Counted from the first letter of the stretch, positions 1-10,765 are shown. The stretch is 64,000 bases of DNA from Pseudomonadota bacterium (GCA_039030335.1 JBCCEJ010000004.1:9771-73770); one strand, 5' to 3'. Notes: generated by a model not told the origin, from the sequence alone. Program-made: numbers and translations.

Positions 1-264
1 CGGGCCCTCGATATCGGGCTGGTCGACCATCTGGTGGACGATGAAGGGCGAGAGCTGGCAACGGATGAGATCGTGGCGCGCTACGACGCGGCATTCTCAG
101 CGGGCGGCCGGCACGCCAAAGCCCTGTTGGCAGACTGCTTCAACACAGACTTCGCCGACTTTCTCGCGCTGTATGAGCGCCAACAGGGTCGTGCCGTCGA
201 GTCGCCAGACTTCGCCGAAGCCAAGGCAGCATACGCAGAGGGTCGTGACGCCAGGTGGCAGTAG
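1..264 (+). CDS. enoyl-CoA hydratase/isomerase (crotonase) family protein, C-terminal fragment; the gene starts upstream of the window
   Basis: Open frame from base 1 to the TAG at 262-264. The translation ends ...ALDIGLVDHLVDDEG...DFAEAKAAYAEGRD, which resembles crotonase-fold C termini. Confidence 0.5.
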   Translation, partial: RALDIGLVDHLVDDEGRELATDEIVARYDAAFSAGGRHAKALLADCFNTDFADFLALYERQQGRAVESPDFAEAKAAYAEGRDARWQ

Positions 265-304
265 TGCTGGATGCCGTCACCGGTTGGGTAACCGGAGGTG
301 AAGT

Positions 305-1009
305 GTGACCACCGAACTGAACGCTGACTTTTCGAGAACAGCCCGCGTGCACGCTGGAACGTCGCCTTGGATTCCGTCACCGATGCCGGGTGTGGAGCGC
401 AAACTCCTGGATCGCATCGGCGACGAGGTCGCCCGCGCGACCTCGATCGTGCGTTATGCACCTGGCAGCGCATTCTCCGCTCATACGCATGGTGGCGGCG
501 AAGAATTCCTGGTCCTCGACGGTGTTTTTCAAGACGAGCACGGAGACTACCCGATCGGTACTTACGTGAGGAATCCGCCCGGCACGCGCCACACACCGGG
601 GTCGGCGCCGGGCTGCATCATCTTCGTCAAGCTCTGGCAGTTCGCGGCTGACGACTCCAATCAGTTCAGCGTGGATGCGAACAGCGTGCCGCCGGCGAAA
701 GCGGGCGAAGCCGCGCGTCTCAAGACATTGCCAGATGTCGAGCGTCATCTGCTGCACGATGACCGGCACGAGACCGTCTGCGTAGAGCAGTGGCCGGGTG
801 CCACGACGTTTTCACTGGTAGTGCCCGATGGAGCAGAAATTCTGGTGCTCGACGGGGGCTTCGAGGCGGATGGCGGTGCCTATCGTCACTGGTCCTGGTT
901 GAGGCTTCCACCGGACGCTTCGGTGCGTGTTCGGACCAGCGTTGAGGGGGCCCGGGTCTGGACCAAGTACGGTCACCTGCGCGATGTCCTGGGGTTGGCG
1001 CCGGCGTGA
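305..1009 (+). CDS. cupin-domain protein (ChrR-like anti-sigma-factor cupin fold, two cupin repeats)
   Basis: GTG start with a GGAGG Shine-Dalgarno (SD) about 7 nt upstream. Two HxH...E...H cupin-like segments (SAHTHGGGEEFLVLDG; EILVLDGGFEADGGAYRHW). Confidence 0.55.
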   Translation: MTTELNADFSRTARVHAGTSPWIPSPMPGVERKLLDRIGDEVARATSIVRYAPGSAFSAHTHGGGEEFLVLDGVFQDEHGDYPIGTYVRNPPGTRHTPGSAPGCIIFVKLWQFAADDSNQFSVDANSVPPAKAGEAARLKTLPDVERHLLHDDRHETVCVEQWPGATTFSLVVPDGAEILVLDGGFEADGGAYRHWSWLRLPPDASVRVRTSVEGARVWTKYGHLRDVLGLAPA

Positions 1010-1623
1010 GCAGCGTCGACTTCAGCGGCCGGTTTGTGGTGTTCGGCTACGGATCGCTCATCTGGGACCTGGATGACCTCGCGCCGCACGTTGAACTGCC
1101 ATGGGAAATGGATACCGGTCCGGCGTTGCCGATGGAGTTCTCGCGAGTCTCGCCAAAGCGCAAACTTGGCCTTGTGGCAGTGCTCGATGCTGACCATGGT
1201 GACCCATGTCCGACACACGCGATCGCGAGTGTGCGCAACTCGATCGACGCCGCGGCTGAGGACCTCAAACGTCGGGAGCGGGCGTCGAGCGTGGCCAAGA
1301 TCGGCGCTGTTTGTATGCGGACCGGATTGCGCAGGTCGTTTGCAGCAGCCGTCGCGAAAGAGGTGGAGACGTGGTGCCGCGCGCGAAATGCGGCGGGCGC
1401 GGTGTGGGCCGATCTTGCCCCCAACTTCGCAGAAGTCACCGGGCATGCTTTTTCAGTCGAGCGCGCTTGTGACTATCTCAAGTCGTTGACGGGTGAGAAT
1501 CGCGCGGAAGCCGTGCGATACCTTCACTTCGCACCGCCGGCCACCGACACGCCGCTACGGCGTCGTCTGGCGCAGGAACTCTGGTGGTGCGAGGCGGTGC
1601 GTGAAGTCGTTGGTAGCGGTTGA
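1006..1623 (+). CDS. gamma-glutamylcyclotransferase-like (GGCT/AIG2/ChaC fold) protein
   Basis: FGYGSLIW motif near the N terminus. GTGA overlap with the preceding stop suggests translational coupling. Confidence 0.55.
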   Translation: MSSVDFSGRFVVFGYGSLIWDLDDLAPHVELPWEMDTGPALPMEFSRVSPKRKLGLVAVLDADHGDPCPTHAIASVRNSIDAAAEDLKRRERASSVAKIGAVCMRTGLRRSFAAAVAKEVETWCRARNAAGAVWADLAPNFAEVTGHAFSVERACDYLKSLTGENRAEAVRYLHFAPPATDTPLRRRLAQELWWCEAVREVVGSG

Positions 1624-1633
1624 CCTCGTTCGG

Positions 1634-4558
1634 TCAGGCGGCCTGCCGAACCGCATCGATGAGCTCTTTGGCATCAACCGGTTTGTACATCAGCCGTATG
1701 TGCCCGATTTCTGTCAGCAGTTCTTCGGCGAGATCGTGGCCAAACCCGGTGCAGAGGATAACCGGCGTCTCGTAGCCTTCCGTGCGTACGAGCCGCACCA
1801 GTTCGATACCCGTTAGGCCCGGCATGGTCTGATCCGTGATGACGACGTCGAAGGTGGCGCCCTGCTGGATTGCGTTCCACGCGCTCGTTGAATCGGTGAA
1901 CGCGCTGACGTCGAATCCCTCGCCGGTCAATAGTTCGTGAAGGTAGGTCGTCAGCGCGGGTTCGTCGTCGACCACGGCTACCCGCCGCGGCGCCTGGTCG
2001 ACTCGAGACAGCTGGCGCGCGGGTTGGTTCGCAGGCTCGAGCGCCATGTCGGCAACCGGCAGGTAACACCTGAATTCCGCGCCAATACGGTTCTCCGTGA
2101 CCACCGAGATATGTCCACCGTGCCGGTGAACGATGCCGTGGACGATGGCGAGTCCCATGCCAGAGCCGAGACCCACTTCTTTCGTGGAGTAGAACGGTTC
2201 AAAGATGCGACTGGTCGTTGTGGGTACCACGCCGGGTCCTGAGTCAGTCACGCGCAGGCAGACCATTTCCCCGGCGAATTTCGAACGGCACGACGCGCAG
2301 GTCACCGTATCGACCCGAGTGTTGTATGCCTCGATCCGGATCCGACCGTGCCGCCCGACGAAATCCCGCGCGTTGATACCGAGATTCATCAGAACCTGGC
2401 TGATTTCCGTGGGATCGGCGCGCACCTGTTCGAGATCGGTAGCGACGTCGACGCTGAGGTCGATCGTTGCAGGCAACGAGGAGCGCAGAAGTTGGCAGGT
2501 CTCGGCGATTGTCGAGCGCACGTCGATAGCGTCGAGCTCGACGACTTTGCTGCTGCTGAATTTGAGGAGCTGACCGACCAGCTCCTTGGCCCGGGTGCCG
2601 GCACGCAGGATTTCCTGAAGATAGCCACGCAGCCGTTCGTCCAGATTCTTGTCGAGAGCGCGCTCGGCGAGCTGCGCATGGCCCATAACAGACGCGAGGA
2701 TGTTGTTGAAGTCGTGTGCAAAGCCGCCGGAAAGATCGCCGAATGCTTCCATTTTCTGCGTCTGGCGCAGCTGTGCTTCCAGTTCCTCGCGCGTTTCGGC
2801 GGCTTCGCGCAGCGCGGTCTCGTCGCGCGCGACACCGACGATCGCGGTGACCTCGCCCTTTTCATCCAGGTACGGGGCCAGTTGGCCGTGCATCCAACGC
2901 CGGCCGAGATTTCGATAGTGCACCCAGGTCTCGACGCTCTGGCGTTGCCCAGCCCACAGCGCCGGCAGCGCCTCCTCCAGAACGGGCGGAATGTGGCCGC
3001 CCAGCAGCTCTTGCAGGCGCGCACCAATTACGGAGTCTCGTTCGAGGCCGTGATAACGAACGTAAGCGTCGTTAGCGCTCACGATGCGCAGTTCACGGTC
3101 GAACATGACCATGAGTTCGGTCGCGGTCGACGTCATAACCTCGTAGCGGCGCAACTCCCGAAGTCGCAGGAACCGCTCCGTCACGTCAACTATGACGAGC
3201 ACGGTTGAGCCGTCGTCGATGCGTCGTTCCGTGATCTCAATCCACGTGCCGGGGCGAAGCTCGACGGGACGCCTGGAGGTGCCGCTGCGGTGGTCTCGAA
3301 CCCTGGACCTTATCCACTCTTCCGGATTCTCGCGGGCTTCATACACGGCGCCCGCATCAACGGCGCGCCGCACCAGTTCCTCGAAGGTCATGCCCGCCTG
3401 TATCGCGCCGCAGATCGCGGCATTGAAACCGTAGCGCCACGTCTCGTTGTACGTCACCAGCCGGTCGCTGGCATCGAATAACGCAAACCCGTCGGGCACG
3501 CTCTCGAGCGCATTGAAGAAGCGCTTCTCGATCGCGCGGCCCCGTTCATCGAGTTGCAGCATCATGGTGTGCAGCCCGCCGGCAAGCTCCCGGATCTCGC
3601 TGGCCCCGCCGGGTGACGTCGGTTCGGGGCGGATACCGGCACCAAAGGCGCGCACCTGTTCGGTGAGTGCCGTCAGTGGGCGCGCGAGACTCCCGGCGAG
3701 CGTCAGGCCGACCACGATCGCAACGAGCGCGCAAAGCGCCGCGATGGCGCTCAGTTGGCGCCCGAATCCATAGGCCGGGAGGAGCGCTGATGAAACCGAC
3801 TGTTGTACCGAGACGCAGAACTCGCTCTGCGGCAACCACGTATAGGCGATCAGGACCGGCTCGCCGTCCCAGCGCGCGTCGGTCGATACGCCCGACTTGC
3901 CCGCCAGGCAGCGCTCCAATGCCGGTTCGGGTGGTGCCCTGCGCGGGCCTGAGGCGGGCAGGTCAGCGGGCCGGCTGCCGATAAGCAGGCGCCGTTTCGA
4001 GATGAGATGTACCTGCGCATCAGCCTCACGCTCGCCGCGGGGGCGCAAGATGGTGCGAAGCCCGTTCTTGTTGAGCGTGCCGGCCAGAACTCCGACGAGT
4101 TGGCCCTCATCGCTGCGCACCGGGGTCGCTGCCATCAGCTCCAGCATCCCGCTCGATGGAGAGAAATACGGTGCCTGCAGATACGGCCCGCGTTTGCCAG
4201 CCTTGAAGTACGGCATATGGTCGCGGCGTTTGCCGACCGCATCGGCTTCGCTGCTTTGCACGACGCTCCCGTCATCCGGGGACAAGAGCTCCAGCCTCGA
4301 AAACACCAGATGCTCGCTGGACCACGCGTTCAGCAACGAAGCGGCCGCGTCGGGCCGCGCAACGAGCAGCGTACTGGTGGAAGCGGCGATCCTATCGAGT
4401 TCCCGCAGACCATGATCGAACCAGTGTGCCAGCGCTGCCTGCTTCTCGGCCGACGCCAGCGCGAGCCGTTGCACGGTGTCAGTGCGGTGGGTGTCGACCG
4501 AACTCCGGTAGGCCAGCCAGGCGACCGTGGACACTGCCAACAGCACGACGGCCGCCAT
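1634..4558 (-). CDS. hybrid sensor histidine kinase/response regulator with a periplasmic sensor domain, PAS repeats, HisKA, HATPase_c and a C-terminal REC domain
   Basis: The ORF track gives 1634..4702. The first 48 residues are Arg-rich and look like upstream read-through. I therefore chose Met49 (ATG at 4558), which starts a transmembrane segment (MAAVVLLAVSTVAWLAY). H-box region HDFNNILASVMGHAQL. G-box GLGSGMGLAIVHGIV. The REC domain has VAVVDDE...DVVITDQTMPG. Confidence 0.8.
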   Translation of the reverse strand: MAAVVLLAVSTVAWLAYRSSVDTHRTDTVQRLALASAEKQAALAHWFDHGLRELDRIAASTSTLLVARPDAAASLLNAWSSEHLVFSRLELLSPDDGSVVQSSEADAVGKRRDHMPYFKAGKRGPYLQAPYFSPSSGMLELMAATPVRSDEGQLVGVLAGTLNKNGLRTILRPRGEREADAQVHLISKRRLLIGSRPADLPASGPRRAPPEPALERCLAGKSGVSTDARWDGEPVLIAYTWLPQSEFCVSVQQSVSSALLPAYGFGRQLSAIAALCALVAIVVGLTLAGSLARPLTALTEQVRAFGAGIRPEPTSPGGASEIRELAGGLHTMMLQLDERGRAIEKRFFNALESVPDGFALFDASDRLVTYNETWRYGFNAAICGAIQAGMTFEELVRRAVDAGAVYEARENPEEWIRSRVRDHRSGTSRRPVELRPGTWIEITERRIDDGSTVLVIVDVTERFLRLRELRRYEVMTSTATELMVMFDRELRIVSANDAYVRYHGLERDSVIGARLQELLGGHIPPVLEEALPALWAGQRQSVETWVHYRNLGRRWMHGQLAPYLDEKGEVTAIVGVARDETALREAAETREELEAQLRQTQKMEAFGDLSGGFAHDFNNILASVMGHAQLAERALDKNLDERLRGYLQEILRAGTRAKELVGQLLKFSSSKVVELDAIDVRSTIAETCQLLRSSLPATIDLSVDVATDLEQVRADPTEISQVLMNLGINARDFVGRHGRIRIEAYNTRVDTVTCASCRSKFAGEMVCLRVTDSGPGVVPTTTSRIFEPFYSTKEVGLGSGMGLAIVHGIVHRHGGHISVVTENRIGAEFRCYLPVADMALEPANQPARQLSRVDQAPRRVAVVDDEPALTTYLHELLTGEGFDVSAFTDSTSAWNAIQQGATFDVVITDQTMPGLTGIELVRLVRTEGYETPVILCTGFGHDLAEELLTEIGHIRLMYKPVDAKELIDAVRQAA

Positions 4559-4886
4559 CGAGCCTGCAACCTGCAGCTGCAACGAGACTGTGCGCAATCT
4601 CAGTCGCTCAAACTCGGGTGCAAGACGCGCCCTCGATCGCGCCGTCTCGCATTGTTTCGGGTGCACTCCACGTCGCCCGTGCCTCCCATTGCGTTTCACC
4701 ACTGCTCATGGACAACCCTATTCGTTACACCTTTCAGCATGCGATGCAACCGTCTGGGTGGTTGGGCTTGCCCCCGCGGCGCGTCCGCCTCCGGAATCTG
4801 GGCGCTTTCACGGCGTTATCGCGAGTGCGGACAGTGCAACTTCCAACGGGGTTGCATCTGTCTGCTGCCGCGCTCGCCTGTTTTCG

Positions 4887-5738
4887 TCAGATTACTTCCA
4901 GAGCGGCAGTCAGTTCCGGGCGGAACGCGGTTTCGTCGAACTCGCGGCCTGAGAACAGGCGATAGGCGTGCACGCCCTGATGGAAGAAGAGCTCGAAGCC
5001 TGACAGGGTCGCCGCGCCGGCGGTACGTGCATCGCTAAGGAACCGGGTCTTCTCGGGGGTATAGACAGCGTCGAAGGCCCAGAGCTTACCCCTCAGATGC
5101 TGCGCGTCGAGCGGCGTCCCCGGCCGATCGTACATGCCGACCGGCGTACAGTTGACCACTCCGGTGGCAGCGGCGGCGCAGTCGGCGGCGTCTTGCGCAA
5201 TCTGCACATTGACGGTCTCGAAAGCGCGCGCTAAGGCGGTTTTGAGCGTCGCTGCCCGCGCTGGTACCAGGTCGGTAAGGATCAGTTCACGGGTGCCCAG
5301 GCGGGCCAGCGCGAACGCGACTGCGCGTGCTACGCCGCCGGCGCCCAACAGCGCGACCCGTCCTGGAGGCGCTCGTGTGAACCGGGCGCAGAAAGCAGCG
5401 ATAAAACCGGTCATGTCAGTGTTGTAACCGCGCGGCCCCTGCGCTTCGAATACGACCGTGTTGATCGCGCCGAGTTGCGCAAGCTCCGGTGAATCAGGGC
5501 GCACCAGCGGCACAGCCCGTTCCTTGTAGGGGTACGTGATGTTGAGTCCGTCGAAACCATCATCGCGGGCTTGCGCGAATACGTCTTCGAAGGACCGGTC
5601 GAGCTCAGCCGGTACCAGACACGTGTACGTCGTCGGAATATCGAGGCAACGTCCCGCCAGCTCGTGCAGCAAGGGGGCTTTCGATTCAGCGATGTGATCG
5701 CCGATCAGGCCGAGTCTGAGGCGTTTCGGTACGCACAT
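4887..5738 (-). CDS. shikimate 5-dehydrogenase family protein (AroE, or a quinate/shikimate dehydrogenase paralog)
   Basis: NITYPYK and NTD motifs. LLGAGGVARAVAFAL Rossmann motif. I chose ATG 5738 (MCVPKRLRLGLIGDHIAES) over the ORF-track start at 5810. Confidence 0.7.
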   Translation of the reverse strand: MCVPKRLRLGLIGDHIAESKAPLLHELAGRCLDIPTTYTCLVPAELDRSFEDVFAQARDDGFDGLNITYPYKERAVPLVRPDSPELAQLGAINTVVFEAQGPRGYNTDMTGFIAAFCARFTRAPPGRVALLGAGGVARAVAFALARLGTRELILTDLVPARAATLKTALARAFETVNVQIAQDAADCAAAATGVVNCTPVGMYDRPGTPLDAQHLRGKLWAFDAVYTPEKTRFLSDARTAGAATLSGFELFFHQGVHAYRLFSGREFDETAFRPELTAALEVI

Positions 5739-6082
5739 CGACGCGGGTCTCCGTTCAGTCGCCGCCCTTCGAAGCCGGCGGTGAGTTGGGAACTCCTCGT
5801 TCAAACGCACTCAGCATAGTGCCGGTAAGGACGCTCGCGCTGAGACTTCGCGAGATCTTTTTCGTGCAGACAACCTGGCGGTATTTTCATTCCCAGCTCG
5901 CTGCTCTTCACCTCACCTGAACCGGCTGGAAAGTCGAACAAAGTTGGATTTTTCCGGTCCATTAGGCTCATAGTGAGTCCGCGACGGGCTTGCTACGTTG
6001 TCAGACAGGCCCGCTACCTGTGGGGCCAATATAACGAGAAAGGGCAGCCGGATTCGGAGCCCGCCAAAGGAAGTAAATTCAA

Positions 6083-7159
6083 GTGAGTGCACCAATCAAT
6101 ACGTTGATTCTGGGTGCGTCGTACGGCTCTTTGCTGGCCACCAAGCTGGTATTGGCCGGGCACGATGCGACGTTGATCTGTCTACCCGCCGAGCGCGAAC
6201 TCATCAATGCCGAGGGCGTCATCGTCAGAATGCCTGTTCGTGGGCGCGACGACCTGGTGGAACTGAACAGCAAGGATGCGCCGGGCTCGCTTCGTGCCGT
6301 GGCACCTGAAGAGGTCGACCCCGCTGAGTTCGATATGATCGCGCTTGCGATGCAGGAACCGCAGTATCGTTCGGACGGTGTGCGCGAGTTGCTCGACGCC
6401 ATCGCCCGTTCGGGCAAGCCGGTCATGTCGATCATGAACATGCCGCCGCTGCCATTTCTTGCGCGGATCCCCGGCCTCGATATGGATGCCCTCGCGGCCT
6501 GTTACACCGATGCCAGCGTCTGGGCTTCTTTCAATCCCGACAACGTGACGCTCGCGAGTCCCGACCCACAGGCGTTCCGGCCACCCGAGGAGCCGGTCAA
6601 CGTCTTGCAGGTCAGCCTGCCAACCAACTTCAAGGTTGCGCGGTTTGCCGACGATGCGGCTACTGACCTCATGCGTCGAATGCAGGCGGATATCGAAGCG
6701 ATTCGGCACACTGTCGACGGCGCCCAGGTCGAACTGCCAGTGAAACTGAAAGTGCACGAATCTGTGTTCGTGCCGCTTGCGAAGTGGTGCATGTTGCTGA
6801 CCGGCAACTACCGGTGCGTCCAATCGGAAGAAATGCGGGCGATTCGCGACGCTGTGCATGCGGATCTGGACGCCTCCAAGACCGTGTACGAGTGGGTACG
6901 GCATCTCTGCATCGATATCGGTGCCTCACCGGACGACATGGTGCCGTTCGAGAAGTACGCCAACGCCGCGAGTGGTCTCGCCAAACCATCTTCCGCAGCG
7001 CGCGCCCTTGCGGCTGGCGCGCCGAATATCGAACGCGTCGATAAGATCGTCCAGACTATCGCTGCCGCGCACGGTAAGAGTCTGCCTGAGGTCGATGCGA
7101 TCGTAGCGCTTGTCGAGCAGTGGCTCAGGCGGAACCGCGAAGCTCAGCAGGCCGCGTAG
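6083..7159 (+). CDS. putative NAD(P)-binding oxidoreductase, ketopantoate-reductase (ApbA/PanE)-like
   Basis: GTG start with an AAAGGA SD. The N-terminal ILGASYGSLLATKL is Rossmann-like. The size (358 aa) and two-domain layout resemble KPR-family proteins. Function is uncertain. Confidence 0.45.
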   Translation: MSAPINTLILGASYGSLLATKLVLAGHDATLICLPAERELINAEGVIVRMPVRGRDDLVELNSKDAPGSLRAVAPEEVDPAEFDMIALAMQEPQYRSDGVRELLDAIARSGKPVMSIMNMPPLPFLARIPGLDMDALAACYTDASVWASFNPDNVTLASPDPQAFRPPEEPVNVLQVSLPTNFKVARFADDAATDLMRRMQADIEAIRHTVDGAQVELPVKLKVHESVFVPLAKWCMLLTGNYRCVQSEEMRAIRDAVHADLDASKTVYEWVRHLCIDIGASPDDMVPFEKYANAASGLAKPSSAARALAAGAPNIERVDKIVQTIAAAHGKSLPEVDAIVALVEQWLRRNREAQQAA

Positions 7160-7246
7160 CGAAGAGACGCCGGAGCAGTACACCAATACTGTTCCGGCGC
7201 TCTGATTGTGGCGCCTGTCCTGACCCCGGGGGATGCCGCTTTCCCT

Positions 7247-7867
7247 TCAGCTCATCGCCTGCTCCGCCGCTTTGGTCGCCTTGAAGCCGTCGCGCGCGCT
7301 GACCGATTCCCAGTAGGTACCGAGCGGCCCTGTAATGGCGTCTGGGATCACCATGTTCGCCAGCATTACGGTGTAGCCCATCATGACGTCCGCGGCCGTG
7401 AAGGCCGGCCCGAGCAGGAACTCACGGTCTTCGAGCGCCGCTGACACCGCTGTCGCGCATACCCGGGCGCGATCTTTCATCTCGTCCATGATCATGTCCT
7501 GGGCGTTGTCGCCATAAAACCGTTTGTGCGCGACCACCTCGCCGATAGGACGGGCGAAGGTCGCTTCGGCGAACCAGCACCACTGCAGATACAGCGCGTG
7601 TTCGGCCGTCCCGGGCTCAGGCTGCAGCCGGCCTTCGCCATAGCGGTCGGCAACGTACTGGGTCATCGCGCAGGACTCGAACATCGTCACCTCCCCATCG
7701 TGCATGACCGGTACCTTGCCCGTCGGGCTCAAGGCGCGCCACTCAGCGGTGTTGCGATACTCGGCGGAGAAATCCACCTTCGTGAGTTCGTACGGCACGC
7801 CGAGTTCCTCACAGAGCCAGATGACCCGGAACGCGCGCGTATTGGGTGCGTGATAGATGTTCAGCAT
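7247..7867 (-). CDS. glutathione S-transferase
   Basis: GAGGAG SD about 8 nt upstream of the ATG. Thioredoxin-like GST N-domain (KVPVMHDGEVTMFESCAMTQYVADRY) and a GST C-domain. Confidence 0.8.
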   Translation of the reverse strand: MLNIYHAPNTRAFRVIWLCEELGVPYELTKVDFSAEYRNTAEWRALSPTGKVPVMHDGEVTMFESCAMTQYVADRYGEGRLQPEPGTAEHALYLQWCWFAEATFARPIGEVVAHKRFYGDNAQDMIMDEMKDRARVCATAVSAALEDREFLLGPAFTAADVMMGYTVMLANMVIPDAITGPLGTYWESVSARDGFKATKAAEQAMS

Positions 7868-7887
7868 CGGTGGAACTCCTCAAATCC

Positions 7888-9117
7888 TCAGATGACGGTG
7901 AATGGTTGCTTGCGCCCACGGGCGATCACCAAAGCGGGGTGTTCGAGCGCGTGGATGTCGGTCAGGGGATCGCCTTCGAGAACTAGCAGGTCGGCCGCTT
8001 TGCCAGGCGCGAGCACGCCGAGATCTGCACGTCCGAGCGCTTCCGCCGCTACGCTGGTCGCTGAGCGCAGGACCGCGGCTGGAGAGATCCCGCATTCGGT
8101 GACCGTTTCGACCAGATCGCCTGGATAGTCCGTGATGTGACAGTGAGCGACGCCGCTGTCATTGCCGGAGACGAGTTTGACCCCGATGTCCGCCAGGCGC
8201 CGGGTCAGGCGGAAGCGGTCCTTGCGCCGCGACAGAAACATCTCCTCGCGCGCGGTGAAGTGGTGGTTCGGATCACCGATGAGTTTGGCCAGACCGCGAA
8301 ATACGGTTGGGCAGACGTAGATGTCGTTGTCGAGGATTTCCTTGACCATGTCGTCATCCCAGCCGAATCCGTCGTCGAGCTGGAAAGAACAGTGTTCAAT
8401 GGTGGTGACGCGCGCCTTGATCGACGTGCGCACACCTTCGATCGCGTGCGCATGCGAGGCACTCCTGCGGCCAGCTTTGCGCGCTTCCTCGGTTGCCGCG
8501 CACATCTGTGCTTCGGTGTACTGGGCCACCAGCGAGTTCGAACCAGGTGTCGTGTTGCCTCCTGTGGCGAACAGCTTGATGAAGTCGACCCCGTCTTTGA
8601 CGTGGGTGCGCACGGCTTTGCGCAGCTCGTCCTCGTTGTCCGCCTCGATGGCGCAAAACCAGCAGTGGCCGCCCGTGGATGTGATCGCGCCCGAGGTCAC
8701 CATGCGTGGACCGCGCAGCATACCGCCTTCAACTGCGTCCCGTGCCGGCAGCGCAAGATGCGGCCACGTACCGCAGTCGCGAACCGTAGTAATGCCGACA
8801 TCCAGCGCGGCGTGCAGGTTCTCGACAATGCGCACCATCTTGATGGCGTCTGTCTCGTTGACCTGGTCTTCGAACACATTGGGGCCGCTGCTGAACGACA
8901 GGTGCGTGTGCATGTTGATGAGGCCCGGCATCAGCGTTTGCTGAGGCTGCAGCTCGATCGTGGCGCCAAACTGCTGCACAGCGGACGCGCCGAGGTCGGC
9001 CGTTCGCCCAATGTCGGTAATGGCATCACCGCGGATGACGACATAGCGATCTTCGGCAAGTCTGCCGCTGATGCCGTCGAACAGGCGCGCCGCCTTGATC
9101 AGGGTCGACTCTGACAT
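7888..9117 (-). CDS. amidohydrolase-family metal-dependent hydrolase
   Basis: NMHTHL metal-binding motif. Start chosen at MSESTLIKAARLFDG (ATG 9117). The ORF track extends it to 9207. Confidence 0.75.
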   Translation of the reverse strand: MSESTLIKAARLFDGISGRLAEDRYVVIRGDAITDIGRTADLGASAVQQFGATIELQPQQTLMPGLINMHTHLSFSSGPNVFEDQVNETDAIKMVRIVENLHAALDVGITTVRDCGTWPHLALPARDAVEGGMLRGPRMVTSGAITSTGGHCWFCAIEADNEDELRKAVRTHVKDGVDFIKLFATGGNTTPGSNSLVAQYTEAQMCAATEEARKAGRRSASHAHAIEGVRTSIKARVTTIEHCSFQLDDGFGWDDDMVKEILDNDIYVCPTVFRGLAKLIGDPNHHFTAREEMFLSRRKDRFRLTRRLADIGVKLVSGNDSGVAHCHITDYPGDLVETVTECGISPAAVLRSATSVAAEALGRADLGVLAPGKAADLLVLEGDPLTDIHALEHPALVIARGRKQPFTVI

Positions 9118-9361
9118 GGACGGGATTCCGTGTTCCATACGAGCGTTGCCGGGAGCGGCAACCGTGGCTGAAACAGCCTCCCAGGATAGGCGGATGATGA
9201 CAAGCACCCTGCCATGCGGGGGCGGTGTCGAGCGGTCGTGAGGCTGCTATTCTGACGTGCAACGCCGAGCGCGGCCTGCACGCTGAATCAGCGCGTGAAG
9301 CGCGCGCCGGGCTTCAAGACGACAGGCGTGACCACCGCGCCGGGGATACACCGGGATTGCC

Positions 9362-10765
9362 ATGTCTGATGCTGCCAACTACGACCCACGGACCTATGCC
9401 GGACTGACGTGGTTCGACCGACCGCCCGAATTCGCGGCCGGTCGCGACTCGCCGCGCGATTACCTGGAACGTTGTCTGGACGTGATCGGTAGCCGTGAGC
9501 AGGTGGTGCAGGCGTACGCCTGCCTGAATGAAGACGGCGCCCGCGAAGCCGCTGATGCGAGTGCGGCGCGCTGGCAAAGGAGTCAGCCACTGTCGCCGAT
9601 CGACGGTATGCCCATCAGTATCAAAGACCTGCTCGAAACCAGGGACATGCCGACAGAAATGGGTTGTGCGGCATATCGTGGCAATTTCCCCAAACGCGAC
9701 AACGCGGCCGTCTCGGCGTTGCGCGCTGCGGGCGCGGTCATACTCGGCAAGACGATAACGGCCGAGATCGGTGGCTCCCATCCCGGGCCGACGACCAATC
9801 CGTTCGATCCGGCCCGCACGCCCGGCGGCTCGTCCTCGGGTTCGGCGGCTGCCGTGGCCGCGGGTATGGTCCCGGCCGCTATCGGCTCGCAAGTGGGCGG
9901 CAGCATCATCAGACCATCAGGCTTCTGCGGCAACGTCGCGCTCAAGCCCAGTCAGGGTGGAATCAATCGCGGTGAGCGGCAGGCGACCAGCATGAGCACG
10001 CACGGTGTGCATGCCAACGCGATCGAAGACATGTGGCAAGTGGCCATCGAGATCGCGAATCGAGTGGGTGGCGACCGTGGTTTCATGGGTCTGCAAGGAC
10101 CCGCCGCGCCGCCAACGGCGGTGCCGCCGTTACGGCTCGCCGTGCTCGAAACCGAAGGGTGGACAACGGTGGACGCACCCACGCGCGCGGCTTTCGAGGC
10201 ACTGTGCGACGCGCTCGAAGCGAGCGGCATCGCATTGATTCGCCGCGCCGACCATCCGTTGCTCGAGGCGCTGGAAGCAGCTGTGGCAGATGCCACACGG
10301 GTCACCAGTTCGATCACCGGATGGGAGAACCGCTGGTCGACCCGTAATCTGGTCGATCAGTATCCGGATGGGGTCAGTGAGCGTGCGAAGCAGGTGCTGG
10401 CGAAGGCAGAGGCGATGACCATCGATGACTACCGCGCGCTGCTCGTGGTGCGCGAGCAGGCGCAGGCGGCGCATCGTGCTGTCGCTGGCCTCGCCGACGC
10501 ACTGGTGACACTTTCGTGCCCCGGTCCGGCCCCGCATTGGGCCGGAGACCAACCGGGCCAACCGTTGGCGAGCCGGCCAACCGGTAACGCGATCTTCAAT
10601 TACCCGACGTCTTTGCTATTTGCACCTTGCGTGAGCCTGCCGCTGCTCGGCGTCTCCGGTCTGCCCGTCGGCGTACAGATCGTTGGCCAGCGTGAAGAAG
10701 ACGCGCGCATGACTGCGCTCGGGCGTTGGATTGTGCAGCACGTGACACCGCAGACGGCCGCTTGA
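9362..10765 (+). CDS. amidase (amidase-signature family)
   Basis: Amidase signature GGSSSGSAAAVAAGMVPAAIGSQVGGSIIRPS with the catalytic Ser-cisSer-Lys arrangement. Confidence 0.85.
   Translation: MSDAANYDPRTYAGLTWFDRPPEFAAGRDSPRDYLERCLDVIGSREQVVQAYACLNEDGAREAADASAARWQRSQPLSPIDGMPISIKDLLETRDMPTEMGCAAYRGNFPKRDNAAVSALRAAGAVILGKTITAEIGGSHPGPTTNPFDPARTPGGSSSGSAAAVAAGMVPAAIGSQVGGSIIRPSGFCGNVALKPSQGGINRGERQATSMSTHGVHANAIEDMWQVAIEIANRVGGDRGFMGLQGPAAPPTAVPPLRLAVLETEGWTTVDAPTRAAFEALCDALEASGIALIRRADHPLLEALEAAVADATRVTSSITGWENRWSTRNLVDQYPDGVSERAKQVLAKAEAMTIDDYRALLVVREQAQAAHRAVAGLADALVTLSCPGPAPHWAGDQPGQPLASRPTGNAIFNYPTSLLFAPCVSLPLLGVSGLPVGVQIVGQREEDARMTALGRWIVQHVTPQTAA

Noticed and set aside
4007-5038. 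343-aa plus-strand ORF overlapping the sensor kinase 5' region and the aroE-like 3' end
   Set aside because: Bridges two convergent, well-supported genes. Arg-rich and low-complexity.
5739-6082. 340-bp leader upstream of the KPR-like gene (that reads as lower-GC; candidate regulatory RNA)
   Set aside because: No identifiable conserved motif or terminator-antiterminator pair could be supported from the sequence alone.
8137-9114. 325-aa plus-strand ORF inside the amidohydrolase gene
   Set aside because: Opposite strand of the NMHTHL-motif amidohydrolase. The translation is low-complexity.
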